Assembly: GCA_000934665.2 (NCBI GenBank)
Contig: KZ538500.1
Location: 46,366 to 66,365, forward strand
DNA from: Catajapyx aquilonaris
Taxonomy: Eukaryota
Reading direction: 5' to 3'
Length of the DNA: 20,000 nt
In this document: positions 1 through 11,533 of the stretch, one piece after another
Layout of the letters: each line of letters begins with the position of its first letter
Numbering within the stretch: position 1 is the first letter of the stretch
Made by a program: the position numbers and the translations under genes
Notes under the pieces: generated by a model
The model's database searches: none
The model's input: only the letters and a program-made list of their open reading frames with translations
What the model was told of the DNA's origin: nothing

Positions 1-575
1 AAATCATCTTAGGATGCATTAGGATTAATATCACGCTCAAGAACAAACGTTGACTCTGGACATTTCTGTGGGTTCAAGAAGACGCTTCATGCCATGGAAT
101 CAGAGTTATTTCAAAACATTTAAACTATTTTGTGACATAGAAAAATGAGCCAGGAGTGTGAACTTTTTATTTCCGGGAGTTTGGGAGCCAGAAGAATTGA
201 CCTTTGGATCCATTAGGATCGATTAGGATTAATATCACGGTCCAGAACTAACGTTGACTCTGGAAATTTCTGTGGGTTCGAGAAGACCCTTCATGCTATG
301 GAATCACAGTTATTTCAAAACATTTAAGCTATTTTATGACATATAAAAATGAGCCATGAGTGTGAACTTTTTATTTCCGGGAGTTTGGGAGCCAGAAGAA
401 TGGCCTTTGGATGCATTAGGATTAATATCACGGTCCAGAACAAACGCTGACTTTGGAAATTTCTGTGGGTTCAAGAAGACCCTTCATGCCATGGAATCAC
501 AGTTATTTCAAAATATTTAAGCTATTTTGTGACATAGAAAAATTAGCCAGGAGTGTGATCGTTTTATTTCCGGGA
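1..575. repeat. Tandem repeat, about 3 copies of a 193-204 bp unit
   Basis: ATTAGGATTAATATCACG recurs at 18, 222 and 415, each followed by a near-identical ~190 bp (…TTTCTGTGGGTTC…GGAATCA(C/G)AGTTATTTCAAAA…TTTATTTCCGGGA). Probably continues left of the window. Confidence 0.9.
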
Positions 576-945
576 AAACTCGGGACACACTTTGGAGTGA
601 TGCAGCAAGGTCATGTCAAATGAATAAATCGTTTTAAAAATGTTGTTTTATACCTGCAACTACGTACAATTTAATTATAGTATTAAAACTTGTCTAATGT
701 TAATAATAAAATTGTAAGAAAATATAGCATGCTTTAAAATGAGATCGGGACATGCCAAGAACAGTGATTTTAGGCCCTTTGACATTTTTTGCAGTAAAAC
801 TTAATTTAATATTTATCTTTGTTTTCATGGGGATGGCTAGGTGTCAACTGCTTCTCCAAATGTTTAAAAATCAACTCTCTCAGTCAAGCCATTTTAGAGT
901 TTTTATGCTGGGACATGGTATTGGTAAGTTTTTGGAGAATCACCC
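1..945. mobile_element. Probable right end of a large insertion (DNA transposon-like) containing the tandem repeat
   Basis: Similarity to the CYP intergenic spacer (cf. 17438-17500) starts abruptly at 946 (ATAAATGTA…), right after …GGAGAATCACCC. GGGACA motifs recur subterminally. The other end is not in the window. Confidence 0.4.
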
Positions 946-1757
946 ATAAATGTAGATTGTAGCAGCTTAGAAGTATTTGATAGAAATGTTTTAATCCGGT
1001 TGAAGTACTTGAAGTACTTATCCATAAATACTATGTAAAACAGGCTAAGAATATTTATCTAAATTTGCACTTAGTAAAATTAAACCTAATGAGAAGCGAG
1101 AAAAAACAAAAAAAAGTTCTAATGTTTTGATCTATACACGTACACCGTATCCTTTCAGTGCCCACCGCCAGAAATGTATTTGTCATAGTTTGCAATCCAT
1201 ATTGAGAGTGTTAAGTGTCATTAGAGGTTTTTATGCCTCTGTGTAGCCATGCATATGTGAAGGGTATTCTGCTACAACGTCTCAAGTACCGTACCAAAAT
1301 AGCAACTTTTCAGGAGAGAGGTTTATTTGTTCCATCGGCCCATGTAACCTTATTGGAGAACGACCCTACAGCAGTCCCAAAACAACGCTTCCACTTACAT
1401 CTAGCAAGTGAAACTAGTCATTCCGTGCAGAATGGAGAGCTGAACTCAAATCACCAATTAAATGAAAACGAGGCAGATGGCACTCGCGAACATGTGATTT
1501 AATCGAGAGCAAAGAGATAAATGCCAGATTAAAATCCTACATATGTCCATATACAAACAACATCAGCTTACCAAACCCCTTGCTAAATCAACATTCCACT
1601 CATTGTGTCACGGTAGGCCATTGTAAGAACGTGTTGACGCAGATCCCACAAACCTGACCCAGTTTCAAGTACTGGGATCTTTACGTTCAATTTTCAGATC
1701 TAAGGTATCAACGCTATCATAGTTTTATCCACTACTATTGCGCACATCATTAATAAT

Positions 1758-1868
1758 TGTCCTTGACCAACGACAAGACAGTATTTTTATCAGCAGCCTA
1801 CACGACAAGAGCGTAGGAACTGAAGCCAGTGTATAATATACATTATACAGCTGGCTTACGAGCAGACC
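1758..1868 (+). promoter_or_regulatory. Putative proximal/core promoter of CYP copy 1
   Basis: TGTCCTTGACCA (1758-1769), GGAACTGAAGCCAGTG and GAGCAGACC blocks, all with counterparts upstream of the other three paralogs. Confidence 0.5.
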
Positions 1869-1915
1869 TCCAGACAACTTCGCCACCGCAGTGCAACTAA
1901 TAGGAGTGAAGCAAA

Positions 1916-4900
1916 ATGTTGTGGGTTATTGGGTGCCTCATTGTTGCGGTGGTGCTCGGGATCATCGTTCTGGTTGCAACGTTGGTGATCTGGAATACTA
2001 AGAAATGGAAAAGTGCAGGATTTGATGCAATACCCCCTTCGGTCACCTGGAAAGGCTACATGAGGCAATACCTGGTAACTAAATCCAATGGCGACGCACT
2101 AATTGATATGTACAATTACTTTGTCCGTACGGGTGCTAAGTGCGGAGGAGCAGTAGACATGTTTGGTTCCACCTTCTGGATTGTGGATCCGGACCTGATG
2201 AGAAGCATTTACATCAAGGATTTCGATCACTTTGTGGACAGACCTGTATTTGAATTTGCCGGAAAGGACAGTTACGTTAACCAGTCAGTAGGCAACCTGC
2301 TTGGGCAGCAGTGGAAGGACGTGAGGCACGTAATGTCTCCGACCTTCACCTCCGGGAAAATCAAACTGATGTTCCAGTCCATGCCCAAATCCTGCCAGAA
2401 GCTGACAGATTATCTGCAGAAAAAGGCTGAACTGGGCGAAGCTGTGGAAATGCCAGATGCTTTTGGGAGGCTGGTGATGGACCTGGTGGCGATCACTTCC
2501 TTTGGGATCGACTGCGACTCATTCAAACATCCGGATGCGCCCTTTCTACGGATGGCTAAGAAGATGATGAATCCAGGAGTGCCCGGATTCATACTTGCTG
2601 TGGTCAATATGGCTGCTCCCCGTCTTGTGAATTTCCTGCGCATGTTGCGTGTCCCTTTACCTGAATCAAACGAGGTCGACGATTACTTTGCATCAGTGGT
2701 CAAAGATGCGATTGAACATCGCCAAAGGAGTGGAGTGAAAGGAAGGGACTTTCTGCAGATGCTGATGGACGCCAGGAAAGGCGAGTTGGACGATCTTGAG
2801 TCGGACAATTTAATCGGATACTCCCCCAATTCTGACGAGATCGACACAGAAAAACGCAAGGCCCTCTCTAAAGCAGGTAGACGAACAAATTAGTAGAGTC
2901 TATCATAATTGATTTGCGCTAAAACTGCTGTTTCTTTTTCCAGTGCTGACGGAGAATCTCGTGATAGCGCAATGCATAGTATTTCTCGCCGCTGGATATG
3001 AAACGACATCTACTACATTGTCATTTGCTGCCTACGAGATGGCTGTCAACCCGGACATCCAGGAGAATTTGTATGAGGAGGTGAAGAAAGCAGCGGACAA
3101 ACACGATGGGCAATTGACTTATGATGACGTTATGAACATGGACCTCTTGGACAAAATTATCCATGGTGAGGCACAGGTTTAATACGCTCGTAATATAAAG
3201 TTCGGTAATTTAACCTACTGTCGCTTTGGGAAATGATAGATGGTACTAGAAGATCACTTTGATATGTTCAACAATGCAACATTGGGCTCCGGCGCATGGT
3301 CACCGAGATAATGAGTATTAAAAAGTCGCATTATCCAGCTTATAGGTTTCGGATACTGCTTACGACACTTCCATCGCTTAGGCCATTCCCTGCTACACAT
3401 AACAAGATCGTAATTGAAAAATTTAATTACGTGGCAACACTTTAAATTTAAATGAAAACGGTAAGGTTGCGTGGAGGGACGCATACGTGCCAGGATATTT
3501 TATACCTTGTGCTTGAAGCACATTATCTCGGTAACTATGCGTCGCAGACCCATGTTGCATAATATTATACTGAAATTGACCACCTAGAACCCATCTATCA
3601 TTTCCCAAAGCGACACGGCGGTAGGTTAAATTTCCGAACCCTGTATATTAACTCTATTAGCAAGAGCTATAATAACTGAGAGCATGTGACAAGTCCTTTG
3701 CCGTGACTGAACCTCTGATGGAGCAGGGAAGTGTTGCGATTAGTTTCCCTCTGGCGCGACTAGGCCGAACCAAGAAGGGAACCTTTGTCCCTCCTACAGA
3801 GGCGTGGCTACGTCAGGGGGTCAACTCTTTCCGTTCCTCACTTATCACCTTGGGTTGGGGTGGGTGCGAAAAATTCAAGGCCCCAGGGCGCCTGGACTTT
3901 GACCCCCCTGCCCAGAATGGTAGGCCCACGGAGTCAAGACTCCGTGGGATGGGGTCAGATAAGTCAGACCCTTTTCCTAATCTACCCTCCTCGGGCTTAT
4001 CACAGGTAGGGAAGTGAACTTTTTAAAATAATCCGCAAACTTTTTTAAGGGCGCACCTTTTTGCATTTTTGACGGCAAATATGAATTCTGATAAGGTGTC
4101 CAAAACCTATCTTTTCATACTCGATTCGTACCAGGCATGTCACAAACAGGCCCACGGAAACCCATGTGTATATTAAGAAAACTTGTTGAAGTTATCATGC
4201 TAGCTCTACTTTTGAGATGCCTGGTATGAATCAGGTATGAAAATATAGGTTTTCGACACCTTAGAATTCATATTTGCTGTCAAAAATGCAAAAGGGTGCG
4301 CCATCAAAAAAGTTAACGGATTAGTTTAGAAGGCCCACTGCCCCTCCTGATATAAGCCCAAGGAGGGTAGATTATGAAGGGTCTGAATTATCTGACCCCC
4401 TCCTACTGTGACCAGCCCAAACCCTTGCACTGCACTGCACTGGTGCAATTTACAGCTCTACAATTTTTCCAAAGTTCATCATATTCCGATTCCTACTATA
4501 GCCTACTGTACCTGTTTAGGTAGACCAAAATTTCACTTTGTTATTGATTTTTTCAGTTTTGCCAGCGATTAAAAACAATCAAAAACGCGCCGTTTTTTAT
4601 CTAACGCGTCTGGTGCATCGGGCATTAAGTCTTTAGCTGATGACTCGCAATCATTTTGATTTGTGAGGAAGCTGTGGAGCCTATGAGTGCACGTGACTAG
4701 GCGAGTGCCCAACCACTCGGGCAAAAAGCAAAATTGAAGCCAAATGACACATTTTTTTCCCCAGGTGTTTGACCTCTTTTCCTGCTCTGCCCCTCCCTGT
4801 CACCCTCTGCCGGTCTGGTTTATGTGCCCCCGAGGCGATAGAGCCTATTTTGGGAACCCCCTGCGCGGGAGGGGGGGGGGGGGGGGAATGTTTGGGNNNN

Positions 4901-6462
4901 NNNNNNNNNNNNNNNNNNNNNNNNNNNNNNNNNNNNNNNNNNNNNNNNNNNNNNNNNNNNNNNNNNNNNNNNNNNNNNNNNNNNNNNNNNNNNNNNNNNN
5001 NNNNNNNNNNNNNNNNNNNNNNNNNNNNNNNNNNNNNNNNNNNNNNNNNNNNNNNNNNNNNNNNNNNNNNNNNNNNNNNGGGGGGGGGGGGGGGGGGAAT
5101 CGTTCCTGATGACGTACTCACGATTTTTCCCATGTATCCCTACCGTGTTAAGATTGCTGCGGTCAAACGACCGTGGCCGTCTGGGGAGTCGCCAGTTCCG
5201 CGGAGAGGATGAGGAACCCAGCTATATGCAAGGGATAGGGAACTCGGAGGCTCTCAGTTATTAGCTCTTGATATTAGTAATAATATTGTGAAAAAAATAC
5301 TGTGACAAGAATAGCTCTCATTATGGATGTGCATCATAAATAATACCTCGTGTGTTGTCATAATTATAAGTTAATTTAAGTCCTGTATGATTTGAGAATT
5401 GTTTCGGAAAGTTTGCAATATTTTAGTAACGATATTGTAACATACGCGGTGTAGAACGTATGCCATATCGTATATTTTCCATAGTGGAACTGTTCAGAAA
5501 TTGCTGGACTCGAGTTACTGACGTGTTATGGTAGATATTGCGTGTAGAAATGTCGGATATAGCTACAAGGCAATATCTGCACCTGATAAACCGTTCTATA
5601 TCCTGAGCCACAAGTCAGTGTGATCAATTCTGTCAATATACAGGAGATGACAATCATGATGCTCTAGTGGTTCCCAAACTATGGGTCGCGGCCCACCAGT
5701 GGACCGCGAGCTTTGAATTTTTTTGTAAACTATAAAATAATGATCTTGCTAAATGAGGAGCAAGAGCACAGTACGTAAAAATATACATATATTGTGTAGC
5801 ATGATTTTTGCAGCTCTCAATAAGGGAGGTGACGAGGTGTAAACGGCTCATTAAGTGGGCCGCGAGATATTTTCCCTATCTGATGTGGGCCGCGACCAAA
5901 AAAAGTTTGGGAACTACTACTCATCGTATGAAACTGTGCTATTTCAGAAACACTGCGTCTACACAATCCTGTAGCTGGGATAGCAAGGACCTGCACCAAA
6001 GATTACCAGGTGCCAGGGACAAATGCCACATTGAAAAAAGGGACTACAGTGATGATTCCTTCTCTCGCTATACAACGCGACGAGCGTTATTACCCCAACC
6101 CGATGAAGTTTGATCCTGAGAGATTCAGCTCTGAAGAGAAGGCAAAGAGGTCCCCATATCTTTATCAACCTTTTGGACATGGACCTAGAAATTGCATAGG
6201 TACGACAAGAATACCAGTAGCGTCTATGTACCCCAGTATCTAGTTCTAGTAAGTAAGTGTATGTTACTAATGCTGGTTCTCGTTCTCTTGAACAGGAATG
6301 CGTTTCGCTCTGATGCAAGCCAAAACAATCCTGGCACACACCATCCTCAACTTCCGTCTTCATCCTAGCGAGAAGACAACAATTCCGATGAAATATGCCT
6401 TAACTGCTCTCCTGGTTAAGGCCAAAGGGGGAGTGTGGCTGAAACTTGAAAAGAGAATGTGA
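1916..6462 (+). CDS. Cytochrome P450, CYP3 clan (CYP3A/6/9-like), copy 1; join(1916..2876,2944..3165,5948..6199,6296..6462), 533 aa
   Basis: N-terminal TM anchor, C-helix WKDVR-SPTFTSGKIK, I-helix AGYETT, K-helix ETLR, PERF, heme motif PFGHGPRNCIG|MRFA. All introns GT-AG with frame preserved. TGA at 6460-6462; AATAAA at 6502 and 6564. Confidence 0.95.
3196..3643. mobile_element. Tc1/mariner-type MITE in intron 2 of copy 1
   Basis: Imperfect inverted repeats of ~120 bp (GTTCGGTAATTTAACCTAC…TGTCGCTTTGGGAAATGATAGATGG vs CCATCTATCATTTCCCAAAGCGACA…GTAGGTTAAATTTCCGAACCCTG). TA on both flanks (3194-3195, 3644-3645). Confidence 0.8.
3940..4410. mobile_element. Long-TIR (foldback) MITE nested in the P-like element, possibly Transib-derived
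   Basis: Inverted repeats of ~200 bp (3942-4145 vs 4210-4408, e.g. GGGGTCAGATAAGTCAGACCC / GGGTCTGAATTATCTGACCCC). The right end reads CACAGTAGG on the minus strand. No clear TSD. Confidence 0.7.
4897..5079. other. Assembly gap (183 N) between two poly-G tracts
   Basis: N run; G16 at 4871-4886 and G18 at 5080-5097. Confidence 0.99.
5665..5919. mobile_element. hAT (Charlie-like) MITE
   Basis: TIRs TAGTGGTTCCCAAACT and AGTTTGGGAACTACTA resemble the Charlie CAGTGGTTCCCAAAC end. Repeated GTGGGCCGCGA subterminal motifs. Absent from paralogous introns; 8-bp TSD not recognisable. Confidence 0.75.
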
Positions 6463-7104
6463 GAGTTTATATGAGTCGGACCTGTTCTAAATGTTTGAGA
6501 CAATAAATAAGCCTTCATTTAGCTAGCAATTCCGTAAAATGGAAGAGCCATTTTTAAATTTGCAATAAATCTGAAGTTTCTCTCTCAGTAAATAAGCTCA
6601 TTTCTTTTTACTCTAGTAAACATAATATGATCGTAAGTTCGTCTTTTTCGACGGTTAAGCTAAACCATCATGTTCTAATCGGCTGAAGCATTATAATACT
6701 GTAAGTTATACAGGATGCATGTGAATTCATCTCCAAAAATGATTCGAGTGGTAGGGGATGCGTATGGAAGAAGCACGATATGGGCACCAAAATTCGGCGA
6801 CTATCCTTAACATCGACAATGTCTATCCCGACAAGTATGATGGACAACCCCGTTCAGTGCATGCCTGCAACGCTGGACTGTTGAACCCTGTTGGAGTACT
6901 TTTAATGTACAGTACTTATCCATAAATACTGTGTAAGATAAACGCAAAGAATTATCAAAATTTACACTGATTAACGTTAAACCTTACTGGGAGTGGGAAG
7001 AAAATGTTCTAATTTTTGATTCCTATACTTTCAGGACCCACAGCCAGAAGTGTATTTTTAATAGCTTAGTTTGTTTTCAATCCATGTTGAACATAGTGTC
7101 AATA

Positions 7105-7428
7105 TTTTTTTTTCATTACCCCATTGGGAGTTACATTTTCTTTAGGGGGGTGGACTACCACCATCTGGGTGGAACTGGTATACTAAGATAGTATTTAGTG
7201 TGTTCCAAGGGTAGGTAGGAGGGGATGTGCAAAGTGCATGTGCAATGTCTCAAACAGCCATTTTGTGAACTCCCCCGGGTGGCTTAGTCCGTCGGAAATT
7301 GCCACCCGAAACGAAGCCAGAGATGGCCCAACTCTGCACGAAAGAAGGTGGGAACCCCAGGTGGGGATTGAACCCGGGACCTTAACTTCCGTGGGCGCGC
7401 GCGTTACCGCGGCGCCACTCCGTCTCTC
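7105..7428 (-). mobile_element. tRNA-derived SINE, apparently full length (324 bp)
   Basis: Minus strand has A-box-like TGGCGCCGCGG, B-box GGTTCAATCCC and an A9 tail (T run 7105-7113). Perfect 11-bp TSD TAGTGTCAATA at 7094-7104 and 7429-7439. Confidence 0.92.
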
Positions 7429-8021
7429 TAGTGTCAATAAAAATTTTGATTCCCCAAATTTTCCAGAATATATGGACATGCATCACCTATGATTCATAAA
7501 CATGTGATTTAATTGAGAGCAAAGAGGTAACTGTCAGATTAATATTCTACATATGTGAATGCACACACCATAACAATGCGCCAAATCACTTGCTGATGCG
7601 CATTGTACTCCTGTATCACGGCAGACCATACGTGTTTACTCCAATCCCACAAATCTTATCCAAAGTCAAGTATCTATTGCTACACAAATACAATCAATTT
7701 TCAGATATGCATTAACACCACTCGTATCAAGGTTCGGTCCACTGCAGCCAGCGTAACGAGTCGCCACTTTGAAACCACGTATCAGACCTGGGACGTCATT
7801 TTGTCCTTGACCAAGAGTTAGGCAGAATTTTCTTAACAAGAAAGCAGGAACTAAAACTAGTGTAGTGAGCATGGTGAGCATGTTAAGTGTCAATCAAGAG
7901 ACTATCCAGGATATGCTGGCATGCATCAGCATCATCACGCTGCAATATTGCTCAATTTCCAGATACATCACAACTTTATCATGGTTTGTTACACTACCAC
8001 GGGCGTCACTAGTCCCCACTT

Positions 8022-8121
8022 TGTCCTTGACCAAGAACTGCGGAGTGCTTATGAGCAGCCCCACTGACAAGCGAGCAGGAACTAAAGCCAGTGTGCAGTA
8101 CAGCTCGTTAGCGAGCAGACC
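8022..8121 (+). promoter_or_regulatory. Putative proximal/core promoter of CYP copy 2
   Basis: TGTCCTTGACCA at 8022-8033; Inr-like GCCAGT (A at 8090); DPE-like AGACC at exactly +28..+32 (8117-8121). Confidence 0.55.
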
Positions 8122-8157
8122 TCAACGCTTTACGTTACCTAATAGGAGTGACACAAA

Positions 8158-11100
8158 ATGTTGTGGGCTATCGGGTACCTCTTTGTGGCGGTGGTGCTCG
8201 GGATCATATTGCTTCTTACAACGTTGGTAATTTGGTACACTCAGAAATGGAAAAGTGCAGGATTTGATGCAATACCCCCTTCAGTCACAGTGAAAAGTTT
8301 CCTGAAACAATTCCTGGTAACGAAATCCAACGGCGATGCAGACCTGGATATTTACAATTACTTTGTGCGTACCGGTGCCAAGTGTGGAGGAGCCGTCGAA
8401 ATTATGGGTTCCAGCTTGTGGGTTGTGGATCCGGACCTGATGAGAAGCATATACATCAAGGATTTCGATCACTTTGTGGACAGACCAGTATTTGAAATAG
8501 GCGGAAAGGACAGTTACATTAACCAGGGAGTAGGCAACCTTGTTGGGCAGCAGTGGAAGGACGTGAGGAACGTAATGTCTCCGACCTTCACCTCCGGGAA
8601 AATCAAACTGATTTTCCAGTCCATTCCCAAATGCTGCAATAAGATGACAGATTATCTGCAGAAAAAGGCTGAACTGGGAGAATCAGTGGAAATGAAGGAT
8701 GCCTATGGGAGGCTAGTGATGGACGTGATTGCGATATCTTCCTTTGGGATCGACTGCGACTCATTCAAACATCCAGATGCGCCCTTTCCACGGATGGCTA
8801 AGAAGATGTTTAATCCAGATGCACTTGGATTCATTCTGCTCATGGTCTCCGTTGCTGCCCCCCGTTTTGTGAAATTTCTGCGTATGCTGCGTGTCCCTTT
8901 ACCTGACTCAGACGAGGTCGATCGTTACTTTGCATCCGTGGTCAAAGATGCGGTTGAACATCGCGAAAAGAGTGGGGTGAAAGGAAGGGACTTTCTGCAG
9001 TTGCTTCTGGACGCCAGGAAAGGAGAGCTGGACGATCTTGAGTCGGACAATTTAATCGGATACAACCCAAGTTCTGACAAGGTCGCCGCAGAAAAACGCA
9101 AGGCCCTCTCCAAAGCAGGTAAGACATGTAGGCCTACAGTACAGTAGGCCTATATGTCAGGATCAAACCCCGAAAACGAACCTCTGGGCGAAAAAAACGT
9201 CCAGACGGCGCGGAATGATCGTTTTCAAACCATCCATTCTGTGGCGTGGTCAATTTAAAGTCCGGCCAGACTCCGAAATGCTCTTTTTAAAAATTCCAGA
9301 GCGCTTTCAGGACAACACGAAATTGTCGGGAACCTGATTTAGTGTCGTGGCTGCTGTTGCAGAGAAAGCCCATAACGTGTTGTGCCGATTTGTTGTTTTT
9401 CACTACTGCAACGTAGATGCTGGAAATAAATCACCCTATCGTTGTTTGGCAAATTGTGGAAATTCTTAACATTTGATGATCCTGTTTATTACGTAACATT
9501 ACTTGGACATATATTTCCCGGAAGTGTTACCTTCAAAAAATATGTATTAGTTTCTTACGATAGAGCGATTCTAAAAGTAATTCACAACTGTTGAAATATA
9601 TTCCGAAGTTTCACTACAGAAACTGAAAATGACATTATCGATATGAAAGTGTATGTCAATCTCTAATTTTAGCCATACTGTAGTCACCATACATTTTGGT
9701 GCACTTGTCCCAGGGGGACTGACTATATGGTAGACCATGGTTATGGCCATCATTTCGTACCAATAAAGAGGCACCTGTCCGTTCAGCACTTCAGCGACAA
9801 CGAGGAAGTGAAAGAGGCCATCCGTCATTGGTTTTCCAGCCAGCCTTACGCTTGCTTCTGCTGTGTCGTGGGAAAACTAGTGTCCCGGTGGGACTAGTCC
9901 ACCAAACTGTATGGTGACTACAGTATGTCTAAAATTATTAGAATTACTTTCGCTTTCATATGTAGGGCTTTATGTCACTCTCTGTAATGAAGCTTCGGAA
10001 TTTTAAAAAGTTGTGAATTACTTTTTGATTAGCCCCTCGTTAATAATGGTAATAAATATTTGAAGGTTCCTGGAAAAAGATGCCCATGTAATAATGTTAA
10101 TGAACAGGATAATCAAATGTTAAGTATTTCAACCATTTGACATACAACAATATGGCGATTTATTTCCAGCATCTACTTGGGGTAGTGGGACACAAGAAAA
10201 TGTCACGACATGTTGTGGGCATTTCATGAACCAGCCACGACACGAAAAAGGCGTCCTGACATTTTCGTATAGTCCATAAAGCGTTCTGGCATTTTAAAGG
10301 CGCATTTAGGTGTCTGGCCGTTTTTGTCGCCCAATTGCCATTTTCGGAATTTGAGCTTAACAGGCCTAACATATAGGCCTACATTAGCTTAATATATTAC
10401 AGTGAAACTTGTCTATGTTGTCCACTGATGGTTCCAAGGTGAATGTCCGACATAGGAAGGTGCTCAACATATCAGGATTTCAATCTCTCGGGTTTCACAG
10501 TGCAGTACCTTAATGTACGAGAAAGTATCGTACAGTAATAAACTAATCATCCAGTAATCAACTTCCAATGCAAGTGTTCTCATGTTCGGTACAGTAGGCT
10601 ACAACACAATGTATACTGTACAAGTACATGCAATTTCTGAAACTGGCCTCCTTTTTGGTTCATAAATCGGTAACAATAAGTGGCAGGTTTAATCAGAGAA
10701 ATGGGGGGCGGAGGGGGGGGGGCGCAAAAATGCAAATAAGCGTGGCATGCCAGAGCATAAAGTTCTAATTTTTAAATGTACTGGCATCCCTCTATTCATG
10801 ATCCATTGTCAGGATGTTGTCATAATTATAGAGTTGACAATTTTACACTTGAAGACATGACACCATGCATCACAAACGTATTCAGAGCTCAGTATTGCTC
10901 AAGTTTTCAGGGGGGAAACAGAATACATGTAGAGTAAAAATGAAACCTGTACTGCACCTGTCCAACGTAAGAAGGGGGAAAGTGTCCAATTTCCAAGATA
11001 TAAAGGTGCCTAACTTAGCACCATTGCAAGGGATAGGCTTTTTGACTGTTCCAAAAATAATGTTCAATGTAGAGAGGTGGCCAATTTATTAAGGTGTGCA

Positions 11101-11448
11101 ACTTGAAAGGTTTCACTGTATCAGCATTATACAGTATTACGTAATATCCACTAAAACATGTAAGTTACCGTGTAATTATTTCTTCTTGCAGTTCTGACTG
11201 AGCATCTTCTGATAGCTCAATGCATAGTACTTATCGGCGCTGGTTATGATACGACATCTAGTACATTGTCATTTGCTGCCTATGAGATGGCTGTCAACCC
11301 GGACATCCAGGAGAAGTTGTATGAGGAGGTGAAGAAAGCAGCTGACAAACACGATGGGCAATTGACTTACGATGACGTTATGAACATGGAGCTATTGGAC
11401 AAAATTATCAATGGTGAGGCACAGGCTTAATAGTAGAATTATTACTAG

Positions 11449-11533
<85 letters not shown>

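Larger units (their letters stand above)
3661..5270. mobile_element. Non-autonomous P-superfamily-like DNA transposon
   Basis: TIRs CAAGAGCTATAATAACTGAGAGC (3661-3683) and GCTCTCAGTTATTAGCTCTTG (5250-5270). CA…TG termini; 7-bp near-duplication CTATTAG/ATATTAG. No transposase ORF seen; spans the N gap. Confidence 0.65.

Noticed and set aside
1..575. CRISPR-like array
   Set aside because: Units are ~200 bp and similar throughout, with no unique spacers, in a eukaryotic context.
2410..2643. Recurrent antisense or alternative-frame ORFs over CYP exons (also near 5959, 8281, 8925, 15148, 15570, 16770, 18747, 19020)
   Set aside because: They are shadows of the conserved P450 coding sequence; their lengths and ends are not conserved between copies.
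1916..2893. The 325-352 aa ORFs (also at 8158, 15025, 18253) as truncated P450s or pseudogenes
   Set aside because: They are exon 1 reading into intron 1. Canonical splicing restores full 533-aa proteins for copies 1-3, and exon 2 of copy 4 joins in frame.
4681..5212. Gly/Pro-rich ORFs containing X
   Set aside because: Artefacts of poly-G tracts and the N gap.
6708..6855. Possible decayed MITE (TACAGGATG…ACAACCCCGT)
   Set aside because: The inverted similarity is too weak to support by eye.
7340..7428. Functional tRNA gene
   Set aside because: It has A/B boxes but continues into an unrelated body with an A tail and an 11-bp TSD, so it is a SINE head.
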